Shown here piece after piece: positions 1-7,572 of a DNA stretch of 64,000 nucleotides; position 1 is the stretch's first letter, and each line of letters opens with the position of its first letter. The translations under genes and the position numbers were made by a program. The notes below the pieces were generated by a model, which was not told the DNA's origin, did no database searches, and saw only the letters and a program-made list of their open reading frames with translations. This stretch comes from an uncultured virus (IMG/VR IMGVR_UViG_3300010163_003618). Taxonomy: Duplodnaviria; Heunggongvirae; Uroviricota; Caudoviricetes. The stretch lies in the IMG/VR virus record IMGVR_UViG_3300010163_003618. One strand, given 5' to 3'.

Positions 1-627
1 ATGTTAAACATTACACTTCAGACATTGTTATTAACAGCAGTACAAGTGATTATAGTAAAATTACTTGTGGATAAATTTAATAATTTGGATAATGAAGTTG
101 ACTTAGCATTTAAAGTAAATGATATAATCACTTTGGTGATTATATCATTTTTATGTAATTTAGAAATATCAGCATTATGGAGTAATAAATTACATATAAT
201 TCAGTTATGGGTAACTACATTATATTTATTGATACAAGGATATACAGATTCAAAGACAAAACAAGTGTATAGTATTATAAACTACATAACATTAGGTTTA
301 AACATAATACTATTAATAATATCATGTATAAAGTTTAAATTATTAATACCATTACCAATTTTTATAGTATTATTTGTGTTATTTGTAATATGCATATTAA
401 GGGGGATAGGTGCCGGTGATATATTCGTTTATGTAATAATAGCTATAAATTATTTAATTTTTAAGGCTGAATTTTCTTATATTATAATAGCATTAAATTT
501 ATTGTTATCACAAGTGCTATTTATAATATTTAACATAAAGATTTTTATTAAGAATAAAAAAGAAAAAAGAGCACTTATACCATATATACTATTGGCATGG
601 GTATTATTACTACCAACATTAGCATAA
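1..627 (+). CDS. Prepilin peptidase-like (A24) polytopic membrane aspartic peptidase
   Basis: Multi-TM protein with first Asp (YTDSKTKQV), GxGD motif (GIGAGD) and C-terminal ALIPYI resembling the PFxP motif; start lies at the window edge. Confidence 0.65.
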   Translation: MLNITLQTLLLTAVQVIIVKLLVDKFNNLDNEVDLAFKVNDIITLVIISFLCNLEISALWSNKLHIIQLWVTTLYLLIQGYTDSKTKQVYSIINYITLGLNIILLIISCIKFKLLIPLPIFIVLFVLFVICILRGIGAGDIFVYVIIAINYLIFKAEFSYIIIALNLLLSQVLFIIFNIKIFIKNKKEKRALIPYILLAWVLLLPTLA

Positions 628-690
628 ATAGGATTAAATAAAAATTAAAAAACGAACAAGACAGATAACAGAAAGGCAAGGAAAGCTAAA

Positions 691-1881
691 ATGGGCAATA
701 TGGAAATTGAAAACATGGACAAAATAAGATTATACAAAATGATGTATAATAATCTAGCAATATTAGCACCTACAGTAGTATCATATAAAACAAACAATGA
801 GATAGTGATAGTAGACTTAGAAGGTAATGTGCTTGATAGGGGTACTTATAAAGAATTAAGCATATTAGGTGGATTTGCAATACATAAGGATAGTAATTCT
901 GATATAATAACAATTAGCAACTACTCAGGAAATAAAAAAATAGAAATAGGTAAGAGCAAAAACAAGTTTAACTTTGACTTAGGGATAAATTCACTAGAAA
1001 TACATTCTTTTGAAGAAATTGGTGAATCATTTTTAGCACTAGGTTTAATAAATGGAATTTTAATATTAAACAAGTATTGCGAAAAGGTAGCCCTGCTTAA
1101 ACATTGCAGATACATTAAGATGTTAAAAGAAAATGAAATAGGATGTTGGTTCCAATATGTACTATATTCAGAATATCATTATAATAGGGCATATGCAAGT
1201 AAAATTTCAAATAAAATTGAAATCTACGGAGGTTTTGAATTAGATGATGAGTACAGTTTAATATCTACAGAATTGGAAACATTTAATAGGGGTATAGCAT
1301 TAAATAAGAATAATTCACCTTCATTAAAATATAAATTAGCAAGGCATGGCAATATAGTAGGTAAAAAGAGCCATGGAGATATTAAGAAATCATTAAAACT
1401 AAATGGTACAAATTATTTTTTGAGTGCTGATCAAATTGGTATCAACTCAAAAATAGGATATGGTTTAATAGATAACAATGGGAATGAAATACTAAACACT
1501 GAATATGATGAAATAACACATATAGGAAGTTATAATTTCATATTAGAATCAAGAGGATACTTATGTATATTTAACACTAAGAAAAATCAAGTAATATTTG
1601 ATTGGAGCACAGTAGAAAAAGCAAGTCAACATGAAACACTTCCTATAACAATTGTGCAAACAAAAGATGGCAACTTTTATATAATAGATATAAATGATAG
1701 GATATTTGAATACAATGAGATTACAAAATATTTCAATTGTTATAGGTGCAAAGAAGATGAAACATATTTGAGGATAGATTTACCATCATACATTAAAAAA
1801 TATGTAACAACTACACTTATTCCAGTAACAAACGTAGGCAAGATAGCAGAGTTAAATAAATGTACATGGGAAAAGATATAA
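691..1881 (+). CDS. Hypothetical beta-rich protein with a WG-repeat-like segment
   Basis: 396 aa ORF; YGLIDNNGNEILNTEYDEI resembles a WG/KWG repeat. Confidence 0.5.
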   Translation: MGNMEIENMDKIRLYKMMYNNLAILAPTVVSYKTNNEIVIVDLEGNVLDRGTYKELSILGGFAIHKDSNSDIITISNYSGNKKIEIGKSKNKFNFDLGINSLEIHSFEEIGESFLALGLINGILILNKYCEKVALLKHCRYIKMLKENEIGCWFQYVLYSEYHYNRAYASKISNKIEIYGGFELDDEYSLISTELETFNRGIALNKNNSPSLKYKLARHGNIVGKKSHGDIKKSLKLNGTNYFLSADQIGINSKIGYGLIDNNGNEILNTEYDEITHIGSYNFILESRGYLCIFNTKKNQVIFDWSTVEKASQHETLPITIVQTKDGNFYIIDINDRIFEYNEITKYFNCYRCKEDETYLRIDLPSYIKKYVTTTLIPVTNVGKIAELNKCTWEKI

Positions 1882-2112
1882 AAATAATTGACAAAGCTAA
1901 AAATTAATTGACATTTTTCAATTCCAAGTAAGCTTTATGAAACATTAAAAAGACAACATTATTTAAACTTGTGATGTAAAAATATGTACTTGTGATTAAA
2001 CACATAAACATTAGGAACAAATAGACGTACATTAAGATATTTATTTGAAGGCTTTAAATAATTCTCTTATATCAATAGAAAGAAAAATTTATTTAAAGTT
2101 GGAGAAAAGTAT

Positions 2113-2520
2113 ATGAGTACATTGGAGAGACAGTTGTTACAGTTAATTTTTGTAAGGGTTACAGCATTAAATGGTGAAGAGACAGAGGCGGATTTAAACT
2201 TAGTTATTTCAGAAAATATAATGAGAGACAACTTAGATGAATTTATCAAAAATAATATCATAGCGGAAACACTTAAAGGTGAGCCAGATTTAGAAGAAAA
2301 GATAATAGACAATGGAGTGTTCGTTTATAACTATAAATCATTGATTAATTGGAGTTTTAATAGGTATAACACTATAGCAGACGCAGTAAGAGCAGCTATT
2401 AAAACTTTGAATGCCACTATTATATGTAATGGGAAGGTCATAACTTATGACATTTTAGATGATGAATCAGCATATTATATAGATACCACTGATAATAAAA
2501 TGAAAATTATCACAATATAG
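2113..2520 (+). CDS. Hypothetical protein
   Basis: 135 aa ORF with GGAG SD. Confidence 0.6.
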   Translation: MSTLERQLLQLIFVRVTALNGEETEADLNLVISENIMRDNLDEFIKNNIIAETLKGEPDLEEKIIDNGVFVYNYKSLINWSFNRYNTIADAVRAAIKTLNATIICNGKVITYDILDDESAYYIDTTDNKMKIITI

Positions 2521-2534
2521 GAAAGGAATACAAC

Positions 2535-2927
2535 ATGTCAAAATTAAGTGATGAACTTATAGTTTTGAATAAAGATAAAGTTTATAGTAGTTATTACACT
2601 AGAGGTTGTAAGATAGTCCCAGACTGGAGGCTTGTATCAATTTCTATAGGTATACCTGAAAACTTTAAGGGAGAAATTTGTAGAGAACTTAATCCACCTG
2701 ATTTTCTATTAAGGGGATATAAGAATGGTGCAATAGACGAAAAGGAATATGAGGAGATATATCAACAGCAGATACTAAGTAAGCTTGACCCTTTAGAAAT
2801 ATATAATAAGCTTAAGGGTAAAGTAATATTATGTTACTGTGGCAAAGATAAATTTTGCCACAGACATTTAGTATTAAAGTGGTTAGGAGAAAACCTAGGT
2901 AAAGACATAATAGGTGGAGAAATATAA
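2535..2927 (+). CDS. DUF488 family protein
   Basis: SISIGIP, LNPP and C-terminal LCYCGKDKFCHRHLVxxWL motif. Confidence 0.75.
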   Translation: MSKLSDELIVLNKDKVYSSYYTRGCKIVPDWRLVSISIGIPENFKGEICRELNPPDFLLRGYKNGAIDEKEYEEIYQQQILSKLDPLEIYNKLKGKVILCYCGKDKFCHRHLVLKWLGENLGKDIIGGEI

Positions 2928-3008
2928 ATATTAATAAAACAAGTAGCCTATGAACACAATAGGCAATAAGTAAGTTTAATTACTTAATTCAATATAGGTG
3001 TACTAGTT

Positions 3009-3042
3009 GGCATTAACTGTGTACTAGTTGATGCCTATTTTT
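3009..3042 (+). terminator. Intrinsic terminator
   Basis: GGCATTAACT/AGTTGATGCC stem followed by TATTTTT. Confidence 0.65.
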
Positions 3043-3093
3043 ATGCATTAAAATTATGGTAAAATAAAAATTAAATTTTTATAGGAGTTAGAA

Positions 3094-3717
3094 ATGAAAC
3101 TGCATCATCATATTAAAATCGGTAAAATGCTTTTAAACAAATTAGGAGACACATATAAAATAAATAGAAAGGCATATCTATTTGGAACAGTAGCACCAGA
3201 TCTTAATTGCATATACCCAGCACATAGATTAAACTGCACAGAGGATAGATTTCATAAAAGACTAGAAATAATAGACAACACTAACATAAACATAGTAAAG
3301 TCATTCGAATTAGGTGTAATCACTCATTATATTTGTGATTACTTTTGTTATGCTCATAATATCGATTCAATAGGATTAATGCATAAGAGATATGAGAAAA
3401 ACTTATATAGATTCTTCAATAAACATATTAAAGAAATTAAATTTAATGATGAAAAGATAGAATCAATATGGAATAAAAATAAGAGAGTAGTGTCAAACAA
3501 ATTAAAGAACACTAAAGAAAATACAAATATACACTGCGATTTCATACTAGAACAACTAAAATTAATGAATGAAGCATACAATAATGATCTTATACGTTAT
3601 AATAAAAATTGGATATTTAGTATAAATCAAATAGAAAAAGATATGCATTATACTATGGTGGTATTAGGTAACCTGATAGATATGCTACTTGAACCACCAT
3701 TAGCATTAGCTGCATAA
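3094..3717 (+). CDS. Zinc-dependent phospholipase C family protein
   Basis: N-terminal H, GTVAPD, LGVITHYICDYFCYAH and HKRYE zinc-ligand motifs. Confidence 0.8.
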   Translation: MKLHHHIKIGKMLLNKLGDTYKINRKAYLFGTVAPDLNCIYPAHRLNCTEDRFHKRLEIIDNTNINIVKSFELGVITHYICDYFCYAHNIDSIGLMHKRYEKNLYRFFNKHIKEIKFNDEKIESIWNKNKRVVSNKLKNTKENTNIHCDFILEQLKLMNEAYNNDLIRYNKNWIFSINQIEKDMHYTMVVLGNLIDMLLEPPLALAA

Positions 3718-3815
3718 TTAAAATACATAAGAGTGTTGTAAATTAAAAACGCATAATAAAGCATACTTAAGACAAAAGATGTAAGGCATAAAATTAAATT
3801 TTTGGTTTTTAGGGG

Positions 3816-3844
3816 TTGACAAAAGATAATAAGTATGTTATAAT
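3816..3844 (+). promoter_or_regulatory. sigmaA-type promoter (extended -10)
   Basis: TTGACA-17 nt-TATAAT with TG before -10. Confidence 0.85.
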
Positions 3845-3859
3845 AATTATGTTATTAAG

Positions 3860-4036
3860 TACAGGATTGGCACTGAAGTCAGAGTTTAGTGTCTCTTGGA
3901 AACAATACGTAAGGTAAATAAATTTACAGGGTAGACTTCAGGAGGAAGTCATACTGCTTAAGGTGGGTAAGAGGCAGACTACAGGAAAAGTGAACATAAC
4001 GTTTGCGAAAGTGGGGTTCAAATCCTCTTTTCCTGA
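3860..4036 (+). ncRNA. Structured RNA ending in a D-armless tRNA-like module
   Basis: CAGGAAAA(3982)/TTTTCCTG(4035) acceptor-like stem, GGGG-TTCAAAT-CCTC T-arm, upstream hairpins GCACTGAA/TTTAGTGT and GACTTC/GAAGTC; directly after a promoter. Confidence 0.45.
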
Positions 4037-4095
4037 CTAGCACTATGCAAGTGCAAAGATAATTAAAATTAAGGAAATGTAAAGGAAATAAATAA

Positions 4096-4194
4096 ATGAA
4101 GCATGTATTTAATACAACTACATCCACAAATTCAAGTAATTCAAGTTCAAGTACATCGACGAATTTGGATAAACTTAATATGTGTAAAATGTAG
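4096..4194 (+). CDS. Unannotated 32-aa Ser/Thr/Asn-rich peptide MKHVFNTTTSTNSSNSSSSTSTNLDKLNMCKM
   Basis: AAGGA SD 9 nt upstream of ATG; translated by hand. Confidence 0.5.
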   Translation: MKHVFNTTTSTNSSNSSSSTSTNLDKLNMCKM

Positions 4195-4227
4195 TGTGTT
4201 AGATAAAACCAATACAAGACAAAAATC

Positions 4228-4262
4228 AAGTGTCAGTGGATTATCTTCACTGACACTTTTTA
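4228..4262 (+). terminator. Intrinsic terminator
   Basis: AAGTGTCAGTGGA/TTCACTGACACTT stem plus T-tract. Confidence 0.85.
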
Positions 4263-4296
4263 TTTTGTAAATAAATTAGAAAAGGAGAAATGCAAT

Positions 4297-4398
4297 ATGG
4301 ACACAAGCTCAAGTTCAAGTGATTCATCGGACAATAATTCAAACACAAGAACTAATAATTTAAAACAATATAGAGTTTATAAGAAATCATCAAAATAA
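4297..4398 (+). CDS. Unannotated 33-aa Ser/Thr/Asn-rich peptide MDTSSSSSDSSDNNSNTRTNNLKQYRVYKKSSK
   Basis: AAGGAG SD 9 nt upstream of ATG; translated by hand. Confidence 0.5.
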   Translation: MDTSSSSSDSSDNNSNTRTNNLKQYRVYKKSSK

Positions 4399-4474
4399 AG
4401 AGTGGGCAAAAGATGGTTTATTAAAGTGCATCAAAAATTTTTCAAAAATAAATGAAAAATTTTTAAAATAAGTA

Positions 4475-4503
4475 TTGACAAAAGAAGTTTAGGGTATTAT
4501 AAT
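4475..4503 (+). promoter_or_regulatory. sigmaA-type promoter of the tRNA cluster
   Basis: TTGACA-17 nt-TATAAT. Confidence 0.85.
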
Positions 4504-4587
4504 GTGTATATAAGGTTGAGAGAGGAAAAGAAAGTAATAAAAGAAGAAATAGAAAATCAACCTTATAATAAATGTGATAAACATTAT

Positions 4588-4660
4588 TCCTATGTAGCTC
4601 AACAGGTAGAGCACGGAGCTGTTAACTCTGGGGTTAGGCGTTCGAGTCGCCTCGTAGGAG
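4588..4660 (+). tRNA. tRNA-Asn(GTT), no encoded CCA
   Basis: Cloverleaf TCCTATG/CGTAGGA, anticodon loop CTGTTAA, GTTCGAGT T-loop. Confidence 0.95.
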
Positions 4661-4686
4661 TGCAGACTATACATGGTGATAAAGAT

Positions 4687-5102
4687 ATGAAAATAATATT
4701 CTTAGATGTAGATGGGGTATTGAATCAACTTCAGAGATACCATGTAGATGAAAATTGTGTGAGGGAACTTGCAAAAATTTATTCCACGGATACAAGAATA
4801 GTATTAATATCATCATGGAGATTAGGTTTCTCAAGAAACATTAATCAGTGTAGTCCTCAGGTAAAAAATCTAATCACCTGCTTGAATAAGTACAACATGA
4901 ATATAATGTATTGTACAGAAAAATTAGGTGACAGAAGAAAGGAAGTATTAAACTGGTTACAAGGAAAGAATGTTGAATCCTATATAGTACTTGATGATGA
5001 CAAGTCGGAGTATTCATCATTAGAGGAGTTAAATATTTATATAACAAACTCAAAACTGGTTTAACATCAAAAGATATTAAAAACATCAAGAAAATGTTGT
5101 AA
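4687..5102 (+). CDS. HAD-domain protein (Swiss-army-knife RNA-repair type) with apparent -1 frameshift near the C-terminus
   Basis: IIFLDVDGVLN, LISSWR, YIVLDDD motifs; true start 4687; frame stops at 5064 but the expected GLT tail (TGLTSKDIKNIKKML) continues in the -1 frame from AAAA at 5052-5055. Confidence 0.75.
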
Positions 5103-5109
5103 TATACAT

Positions 5110-5182
5110 GCTGGAGTAGCTCAATTGGTAGAGCAAGTGCCTTGTAAGCACTAGGTTGTGGGTTCGAGTCCCACCTTTAGCT
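5110..5182 (+). tRNA. tRNA-Thr(TGT), no encoded CCA
   Basis: GCTGGAG/CTTTAGC acceptor, AGTGC-CTTGTAA-GCACT anticodon arm, GTTCGAGT. Confidence 0.95.
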
Positions 5183-5183
5183 T

Positions 5184-5313
5184 TTGGTAATGCCAAGTGG
5201 CACAGACCAATAGTAGTCAGTGCCTGTAACGACATGCCAAGGCTATGATGACGAAGCCATTAGATGGCAGGCACCAGTCATTAGGGTGGTAACCTTTGTA
5301 TAGGGATATACAA
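5184..5313 (+). ncRNA. Unassigned structured RNA between tRNA-Thr and tRNA-Ser
   Basis: Nested stems TTGGT/ACCAA, TGCC/GGCA, GTGCCTG/CAGGCAC, GGCT/AGCC, TTGTATA-GGGA-TATACAA; GC-richer than flanks; no ORF. Confidence 0.4.
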
Positions 5314-5331
5314 TGAATAACCATTAACATT

Positions 5332-5389
5332 TGTGATTCAGACAGCAATTAAAACAAATCAACTTGAAATTGATAAAAACAGAATCATG
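5332..5389 (+). ncRNA. Armless tRNA-like element carrying a Ser(TGA) anticodon stem-loop
   Basis: TGTGATTC/GAATCATG closing stem, ATCAA-CTTGAAA-TTGAT hairpin, no D or T arm. Confidence 0.45.
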
Positions 5390-5405
5390 TAAAAACAGAA
5401 TCATG
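5374..5405 (+). repeat. 16-bp perfect tandem duplication TAAAAACAGAATCATG x2
   Basis: Read directly from sequence. Confidence 0.9.
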
Positions 5406-5419
5406 TAAAAATATTATAT

Positions 5420-5504
5420 GCTGCATAAGCGAAAGGTTAGCAGGCTCATTGGAAATGAGTTGGTCTAGTTAATAGGCTTGCAGGTTCGAATCCTGTGTGC
5501 AGCG
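5420..5504 (+). tRNA. tRNA-Ser(GGA), atypical D arm
   Basis: GCTGCAT/GTGCAGC acceptor, GCTCA-TTGGAAA-TGAGT, long variable arm, GTTCGAAT; A at position 8 and weak D stem. Confidence 0.75.
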
Positions 5505-5529
5505 TTACCAGTGTAAGGGGAGAATAACC

Positions 5530-5715
5530 ATGAAAGATTGCAAAGGTCAGGAACTCAGTATTGGGGACAGTGTAGTTTATGTAGCAAGAAAACAGTCTGA
5601 TGCAATACTTCAAACTGGTGAAATCACTAAATTTTACAAGGGTAAATTTAATAGAGATGAATGTAGCGTGGGAAAGCAGTCCCATATCAACAGTTCAAGA
5701 ATAATGAAAATTTAA
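5530..5715 (+). CDS. Small phage-type hypothetical protein (MKDCKGQELSIGDSVVY...)
   Basis: GGGGAG SD before ATG 5530; the 5497 start in the track overlaps the tRNA. Confidence 0.7.
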   Translation: MKDCKGQELSIGDSVVYVARKQSDAILQTGEITKFYKGKFNRDECSVGKQSHINSSRIMKI

Positions 5716-5722
5716 AAAATTT

Positions 5723-5810
5723 GCGAGTTTGGCAGAGTTGGATTAATGCACTTGTCTTGAAAACAAGCAGCCCCTGAAAAGGCTCTAGGGTTCGAATCCC
5801 TAAGCTCGCG
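5723..5810 (+). tRNA. tRNA-Ser(TGA)
   Basis: GCGAGTT/AGCTCGC, CTTGT-CTTGAAA-ACAAG, long variable arm, GTTCGAAT, G73. Confidence 0.95.
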
Positions 5811-5812
5811 TT

Positions 5813-6091
5813 ACAGGTTAGTAAGATGTTTATTATTAAAATAGCATCTGAAGAAAGTACCATACTTTGGAAACGAAGTTAAAAGCCTAAAACCCTCTTT
5901 AAAATTTCCAAGATAAGGTTGAATTTACAGAAAAGTGAGTACTGGAGTAGTCATGTACGAAGAAGCGAAAGCCTAGTAAGTAGTTAGTAAACCGACGACA
6001 GTCTGTGAAGGGAGAAGTTGGGCAACGCAATTGGAAAGCGGGACAATGCAGTTACCAGATCAGCAGATGGGTTTCTGAGGGGGTCACCTGT
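5813..6091 (+). ncRNA. ~280-nt unassigned structured RNA (weak RNase P RNA-like hallmarks)
   Basis: Ends pair (ACAGGT/ACCTGT); internal stems AGATGT/GCATCT, TTGGAAA/TTTCCAA, TTTACAGA/TCTGTGAA, GGCAAC/GTTACC; exactly fills the gap between two tRNAs. Confidence 0.55.
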
Positions 6092-6116
6092 CAAAAATTA
6101 ATTGATTATTAATTAT

Positions 6117-6204
6117 GCTTGGGTACTCAAATTGGTGAAGAGGCGCCCCTGCTAAGGGTGTAGGTCAAGAAATTGGCATGTGGGTTCAAGTCCCACTCCA
6201 AGCG
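6117..6204 (+). tRNA. tRNA-Ser(GCT)
   Basis: GCTTGGG/TCCAAGC, CGCCC-CTGCTAA-GGGTG, long variable arm, GTTCAAGT, G73. Confidence 0.95.
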
Positions 6205-6206
6205 TT

Positions 6207-6247
6207 AAAATATGGTGCATAAGTTATGTCTTATGTACCATATTTTA
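6207..6247 (+). terminator. Terminator closing the tRNA cluster
   Basis: AAAATATGGTGCATAAG/CTTATGTACCATATTTT inverted repeat. Confidence 0.75.
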
Positions 6248-6330
6248 TACTTAAAAATATTTAAGAGGATTTTAAAAATTTTATAGAAAAGGATATAAAA
6301 GTAAGACATATCAGCTTTTTAAAAACTACA

Positions 6331-7080
6331 ATGAGAAAAATAAAAGTATTGAATTTATTATTAATAGTAATAGGGTGGGCAACAGTTGGTTTAACACTGT
6401 ATAATATGACCTTACAACATAAAAGTCAAGCAGAATATTTATATAAAAATAAATCATTAGTAAAACAAGTTAAACAATTAGAAAAATTCATAGAAACACC
6501 TTTAGAAGAACAGATAACATTTAGATCATACTCAAGCCTAAAGTCACTTGTAGAGGTAAGTATGTTAGTAGAAATTCCATTAGAAACAAATATCAAGGAC
6601 ATATTATTTATAGGTGATTCAAGGTTTGTAGGTATGGAAGAAGCAAATACAAATGGATATACATTCTTTTGTGAAGTAGGAAAAGGGTACAGCTGGTATA
6701 TAGACAATTTAGATAAAATAGAATCATTAATATCAGACAATACAATCATAATATTTGGTTTAGGAGTAAATGACTTAAGTAATATAGAAAATTATTTAAA
6801 GCTTAAAAATTCAGAGTACTTTGACCAAATATATTATTTGTCAGTCAATCCAGTAGATGAAGTAAAAGAAGCAGAATATGGATATACAGTAACAAACAAT
6901 AGTATAGACAGCTTCAATTCAAGAGTACAAGAAGTATTTAAAGACAGATACATTGATACAAATTCAGTATTAAAAGAAAGTGGGTTTGAAACAAAAGATG
7001 GATTACATTATACAGAAGAAACATACACGGATATTTATGAGTATATAATAAATAATTTACCTCTTATTGACAAAATATAA
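6331..7080 (+). CDS. Membrane-anchored SGNH/GDSL hydrolase
   Basis: N-terminal TM, LFIGDS, GLGVND and DGLHY blocks. Confidence 0.85.
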   Translation: MRKIKVLNLLLIVIGWATVGLTLYNMTLQHKSQAEYLYKNKSLVKQVKQLEKFIETPLEEQITFRSYSSLKSLVEVSMLVEIPLETNIKDILFIGDSRFVGMEEANTNGYTFFCEVGKGYSWYIDNLDKIESLISDNTIIIFGLGVNDLSNIENYLKLKNSEYFDQIYYLSVNPVDEVKEAEYGYTVTNNSIDSFNSRVQEVFKDRYIDTNSVLKESGFETKDGLHYTEETYTDIYEYIINNLPLIDKI

Positions 7081-7095
7081 TTAATATGTTATAAT
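7067..7095 (+). promoter_or_regulatory. sigmaA-type promoter
   Basis: TTGACA-17 nt-TATAAT with TG extension. Confidence 0.85.
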
Positions 7096-7117
7096 AATTA
7101 AAAAGAGGTAAAATGAT

Positions 7118-7540
7118 ATGAAAAAGTTATTAGTAATAGCATTGATAGTTGCAACAAGTGTAATGTTTACAGGCTGCGGAGAAGAATATAAGGTAGAACA
7201 GTTAAGAGAAGAAATACAGGCACTGGAAGAACAGAAAGAAAACCTCAATGCTGAAATCACGGAACTTGAATCTTATGATGTTGCATTGAAGGAAGAAACA
7301 GGCACTGCTAAGTATGTATTAACAATAGAGATCAAACAGGTTCACTATTCCCTTAATACTGATAACATCTTAAAAGACAGTATGAATGCAATAACCATTC
7401 AGATACCAGTAGATAAAGAGTATTATGATTCAGTAGAGATAGGAGACAAATTATCTGATAAATTCAGAACAGGCAGCTACATAATTTCTGGTTCATTAGG
7501 CTCTTGGAACATTTCAGTAAAAGACAAAGAAATTCAATAA
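7118..7540 (+). CDS. Lipoprotein with coiled coil
   Basis: Signal peptide with lipobox FTGC followed by heptad region. Confidence 0.7.
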   Translation: MKKLLVIALIVATSVMFTGCGEEYKVEQLREEIQALEEQKENLNAEITELESYDVALKEETGTAKYVLTIEIKQVHYSLNTDNILKDSMNAITIQIPVDKEYYDSVEIGDKLSDKFRTGSYIISGSLGSWNISVKDKEIQ

Positions 7541-7572
7541 AAGCAGAAAATTAAGAAAGTAGGTAAGTCAAT

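Noticed and set aside
4504..4686. N-terminal extension of the HAD ORF
   Set aside because: Overlaps tRNA-Asn and begins at the promoter; the family motif starts at ATG 4687
5241..5258. Hammerhead-like TGATGA...GAA
   Set aside because: Lacks the CUGAUGA core, stem II and GAAA arrangement
5280..5298. T-box-like TTAGGGTGGTAACC
   Set aside because: No stem I/specifier loop or following terminator; the segment folds as a simple local hairpin
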